A DNA stretch of 64,000 nt. Origin: Acidimicrobiales bacterium (GTDB taxonomy: Bacteria > Actinomycetota > Acidimicrobiia > Acidimicrobiales > CADCSY01). This document shows, piece by piece, positions 61,367 through 64,000 of the stretch. Where the stretch lies: NCBI GenBank assembly GCA_035942035.1, contig DASZDK010000023.1, forward strand, positions 743-64,742, written 5' to 3'. Under the pieces are notes generated by a model. That model was not told where the DNA came from. It made no database searches and saw nothing but the letters and a program-made list of their open reading frames with translations. Position 1 is the stretch's first letter; each line of letters starts with the position of its first letter. Position numbers and translations under genes: made by a program.

Positions 61367-61410
61367 CTCTCTCCTCGGCGTCGGGTTCGTCGGCTGTTGG
61401 TCCTCAGGGA

Positions 61411-62199
61411 TTGTGGGGAGGGTGGCTGCTCGATGTCCAGCAGCTCCCGCACCTCGGAGGTCGCAATGCGCGCTGGCAGTTGGCCGAAGACGCAGTCATG
61501 TCGCTCCTGCCCAGAGGGGCACCCCAGGGCACGACGTGGTTCGGCAAGACGGGGGACATCGTCCAGCAACCTCCGGTGTGGGCCGCTCTGGCTGGGGCCC
61601 TGGCGTGGGGCGGTGGGGACAGGGGCCGGCGGGCAGCGGTGCGGGGAACGGCCTGTTATGGGGCCACGGCGATCGTGGGCAACATCATGATCAAGCCACT
61701 GGTGACAAGGTCTCGGCCTCCCGGGGCCGGTGAGAACCGGACGGGACCGGTCACGTCGTCGTTCCCATCCGGCCATGCGGCCAGCGATCTTGCCTTCACG
61801 CTGGCGGTGTCGCAGGAGATGCCGGCGCTGTTCATCGCTCTCGCCCCCGCCACCATGGCGGCTCACTGGTCCCTGGTCCGCAGCCGGGGCCACTACGCAA
61901 GCGACGTGTTCGCCGGCGGTGTCCTGGCGGTGGCGGTGGTGCTCCTCGCTTGGAGGATCTGGCCACCGGGTCCTCCCACGGAGGGCGCCAACAACGACAA
62001 CGACGGTCAGAAACGTCCCATGTGCGCTCGTGCGCGGCCAACCACGGAGTCAACGCCGGCGCCGCACGACGTCGACCTCGGCCGACGACGGCGACGCCCT
62101 GCAGCGGTACGTCCCCGTCGGTGGAGCCGGCTCTCCGCCGCTCCTTGTAGTGATCAAGACGCCTGCCGAGGTGCACACGCCTCGGCCTACGCCTACTGA
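61411..62199 (+). CDS. PAP2 superfamily phosphatase (membrane)
   Basis: The three PAP2 motifs are KPLVTRSRP, PSGH, and SRGHYASD. Start is uncertain (61411 or Met at 61498), and the C-terminal tail is low complexity. Confidence 0.7.
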   Translation: MWGGWLLDVQQLPHLGGRNARWQLAEDAVMSLLPRGAPQGTTWFGKTGDIVQQPPVWAALAGALAWGGGDRGRRAAVRGTACYGATAIVGNIMIKPLVTRSRPPGAGENRTGPVTSSFPSGHAASDLAFTLAVSQEMPALFIALAPATMAAHWSLVRSRGHYASDVFAGGVLAVAVVLLAWRIWPPGPPTEGANNDNDGQKRPMCARARPTTESTPAPHDVDLGRRRRRPAAVRPRRWSRLSAAPCSDQDACRGAHASAYAY

Positions 62200-62876
62200 T
62201 CGGCCGGGGAGCGAAGCGCTCGGCCAGTTGCCGGGCTCGTTGGCGCACGTCCACGAGGATCACACCCCTGCTTGTGCCCGACCCCCTGGTAGATGCCGGC
62301 CAGAGACCGGCTGGGGAGCATGCGGACCGGCCGGCGACGCCCGAGGAGGAAGCGGAGGTAGTCGATGGCAGAGGGCCGGAGTCCCGCCACACGCAACTCG
62401 ACGCCATGTTCAGCGAACAACCCGATGAGACGTGCCGGGGCCACGAACAGCTCAGGATCGTGGATTCGCCGCGGAGGACCGCCCGGCAGCCACTCGCCCA
62501 CGGTCACCAGCGCCAGGAGGGCTCGCCGGGTGGCGCTGATGGTGTCGACCACCACCACGCCGCCGGGGCGTAGCACCCGGCTCACCTCCGCCACCGCGCC
62601 CTCGAGATCCGCCACGTGCTCGAAAACCTCCCCGGCCACGACGACATGGGCCACGCCGGCGGCCAGCGGTAGGGCGGCGGCGTCGGCCCGCACCGGCACG
62701 ACGCCCCTTGCCCGGGCGACGACGAGAGCGGACTGCGTCAGGTCGACCCCCACGTGGAGATAGCCCCGCACGAACGCAGACAGGATGCCGCCGCCGCAGC
62801 CGACGTCTACCAGCACGTCTCGAGGCGACGCCGACGGAGGTACGAGCTCTGCACGGGCCCGGGCCAGCCAGTGCAA
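62193..62876 (-). CDS. Class I SAM-dependent methyltransferase, UbiG-like (5' end unresolved)
   Basis: SAM motif VLVDVGCGGGILS, then …LRPGGVVVVDTI…. The conserved N-terminal segment NDLGQYDDLVGEWWKPDGEFAAL is encoded in-frame upstream of 62876, but has no ATG/GTG/TTG before it. Confidence 0.75.
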   Translation of the reverse strand: MHWLARARAELVPPSASPRDVLVDVGCGGGILSAFVRGYLHVGVDLTQSALVVARARGVVPVRADAAALPLAAGVAHVVVAGEVFEHVADLEGAVAEVSRVLRPGGVVVVDTISATRRALLALVTVGEWLPGGPPRRIHDPELFVAPARLIGLFAEHGVELRVAGLRPSAIDYLRFLLGRRRPVRMLPSRSLAGIYQGVGHKQGCDPRGRAPTSPATGRALRSPADQ

Positions 62877-63007
62877 GGCCGCGAACTCCCCGTCGGGCTT
62901 CCACCACTCCCCGACGAGGTCGTCGTACTGCCCGAGGTCGTTGCGAGCTCGTCGAGGGCGCCGATCGGAGCCACCGGGGTGCTTCCTTGGAAGACGGACG
63001 GCGCGCC

Positions 63008-63463
63008 CTATGGGAGCTTCCGTCCTTCGAGTAGGTCCTTGAGGTTCTGCAGCGAGTGCTCGACCTCGCGCTCGTTGCGGCGCTCGACGTAGATCCGGTC
63101 GAGTGCTTCTCCGAGGAGGCCTCCGGGAAGGTCGTAGTCGATGTCGAACTCCACGTGGCTACCGTCTCCGCTCGGTGCCACCTCCTGGCGCAATGCCATC
63201 CTCCCACCGCCCATGGCGGTGACCTCGTAGGCCAGCGACCGAGGTGCGTCCAAGTCCACCACCCGCCAGTGCGTCTGCAACGGAAGCCCAGCGATGCGGA
63301 GCTGCTGGTCGAATTCCTCCCCCACGCCGCTGCAGCGGTCAGGGCCGTGGTGGCTGTGAGTCACCGTCGACCACTGGTCAAGTGCCGACCAGTTGATCAA
63401 CGACTCGAACGCCGCCTCCGGAGTCGCTTGTATCCCGATCGATCTGTTGATTTTCGCCATCAT
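63008..63463 (-). CDS. SRPBCC family protein (polyketide cyclase/dehydrase-like, START fold)
   Basis: 151 aa: MMAKINRSIGIQATPEAAFESLINWSALDQW…HWRVVDLDAPRSLAYEV…VEFDIDYDLPGG…. Confidence 0.8.
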   Translation of the reverse strand: MMAKINRSIGIQATPEAAFESLINWSALDQWSTVTHSHHGPDRCSGVGEEFDQQLRIAGLPLQTHWRVVDLDAPRSLAYEVTAMGGGRMALRQEVAPSGDGSHVEFDIDYDLPGGLLGEALDRIYVERRNEREVEHSLQNLKDLLEGRKLP

Positions 63464-63568
63464 CTCCTCCTTGATGTGCCGGATGTCGGCAGCATGGGTG
63501 CCTACGGCTCAGCTGCTCGCACTCTCGCGTGGTCCAGCTCGTCGCCGCCGTGTCACGGGGTGGGCTGC

Positions 63569-64000
63569 TCACCGCGCCAAGGCGCCCCCACCTTCGCTGG
63601 CGGGCCGGCCGGACAGCGAGTGCGGAGCGTCGGCGTGGGCGCCGGCGTCGATGCCCACGGCGTGCCGGTCGACGAGCTCACCCCCAAGCCGGCCGGTGAC
63701 GGCAGCCAGGGCCACTCCGGCAAAGGACAAGCTCAGGGCAAGCGCCTCTGGCGAGGTCGGCTGGTCACGCCGCAGCCACCAACTCGCCACGAAGAGCGTG
63801 AGGAGCACCACGTTCCCGAGACGATGGAGAGCGCCCACCCTCTTGGCCCGCGTGCCGTTCGATATGGCGGTCCAGTCGATGAGCCCGGGCGCCGCGGCGA
63901 TGAGGCCGCCGATGATCCCGGCCCCGATCATCCAGTAGGCGACGTTGGCCAACTCCTGGCTGTCGGTGATCAGGTAGGAGACCTGGAAGATGACAGCGGT
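63569..64000 (-). CDS. DUF2231 family membrane protein (5' end beyond window)
   Basis: …YWMIGAGIIGGLIAAAPGLIDW…ALHRLGNVVLLTLFVASWW…. The reading frame stays open upstream of the listed TTG through position 64000 (…TAVIFQVSYLITDSQELANV…). Confidence 0.7.
   Translation of the reverse strand, partial: TAVIFQVSYLITDSQELANVAYWMIGAGIIGGLIAAAPGLIDWTAISNGTRAKRVGALHRLGNVVLLTLFVASWWLRRDQPTSPEALALSLSFAGVALAAVTGRLGGELVDRHAVGIDAGAHADAPHSLSGRPASEGGGALAR

Overview
This is a 64 kb fragment of very high-GC chromosome (about 70% by eye), consistent with Actinomycetota. All calls rest on motifs I recognise in the supplied ORF translations, on start/stop geometry read from the DNA, and on RNA motifs. No searches were run. 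Many long ORFs in the track are antisense or read-through artefacts of the GC content, so several giant ORFs were split into their real genes.

Layout by region:
- **1-4.7 kb:** GNAT acetyltransferase, a frameshifted DUF3291 gene, a divergent MarR/rhodanese pair, a hypothetical gene, and a tyrosine integrase abutting the 3' end of tRNA-Ala(UGC). This looks like an integrated-element remnant whose far boundary is unresolved.
- **4.8-9.2 kb:** DUF2254 membrane protein, a DrrAB-like ABC-2 exporter, and a secreted hypothetical protein.
- **9.3-32.9 kb:** a large cobalamin supercluster in three blocks.
  - Block 1 is a riboswitch-led plus-strand operon: cbiZ-cobU-cobS-cbiB-(threonine-phosphate decarboxylase).
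  - Block 2 is a riboswitch-led minus-strand operon: cobI-cobM-cbiD-cobL-cbiG::cobJ-ferredoxin-cobH-cbiX-cbtB-cbtA.
  - Block 3 is a divergent pair, cobO-cobB-(87 aa ORF) and cobQ-cobN-chlI/D-cobT, with no riboswitch that I could recognise.
- **32.9-41.2 kb:** housekeeping and repair genes, including Fpg/Nei, YqgE, LigC and a LigD-type primase-polymerase.
- **41.5-50.8 kb:** YceI, an RCK-gated K+ channel, an 816 aa secreted protein (P-domain plus seven FG-GAP repeats), and trkA-trkH-trkH.
- **51.5-64 kb:** an accessory-looking redox/lipid neighbourhood. It holds a tightly linked FAD-monooxygenase / acyl-CoA-dehydrogenase-like / type III PKS cassette. It also holds an operon of DedA-like, beta-propeller dehydrogenase-like, holin-X-like, and DUF3618::beta-propeller::TM genes. 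The remaining genes are a Rieske::DUF2231 fusion, PAP2, a UbiG-like methyltransferase, SRPBCC, and a second DUF2231.

The best candidates for undescribed biology are the type III PKS neighbourhood, the DUF3618-propeller fusion operon, the P-domain/FG-GAP protein, and the ferredoxin embedded in the corrin operon.
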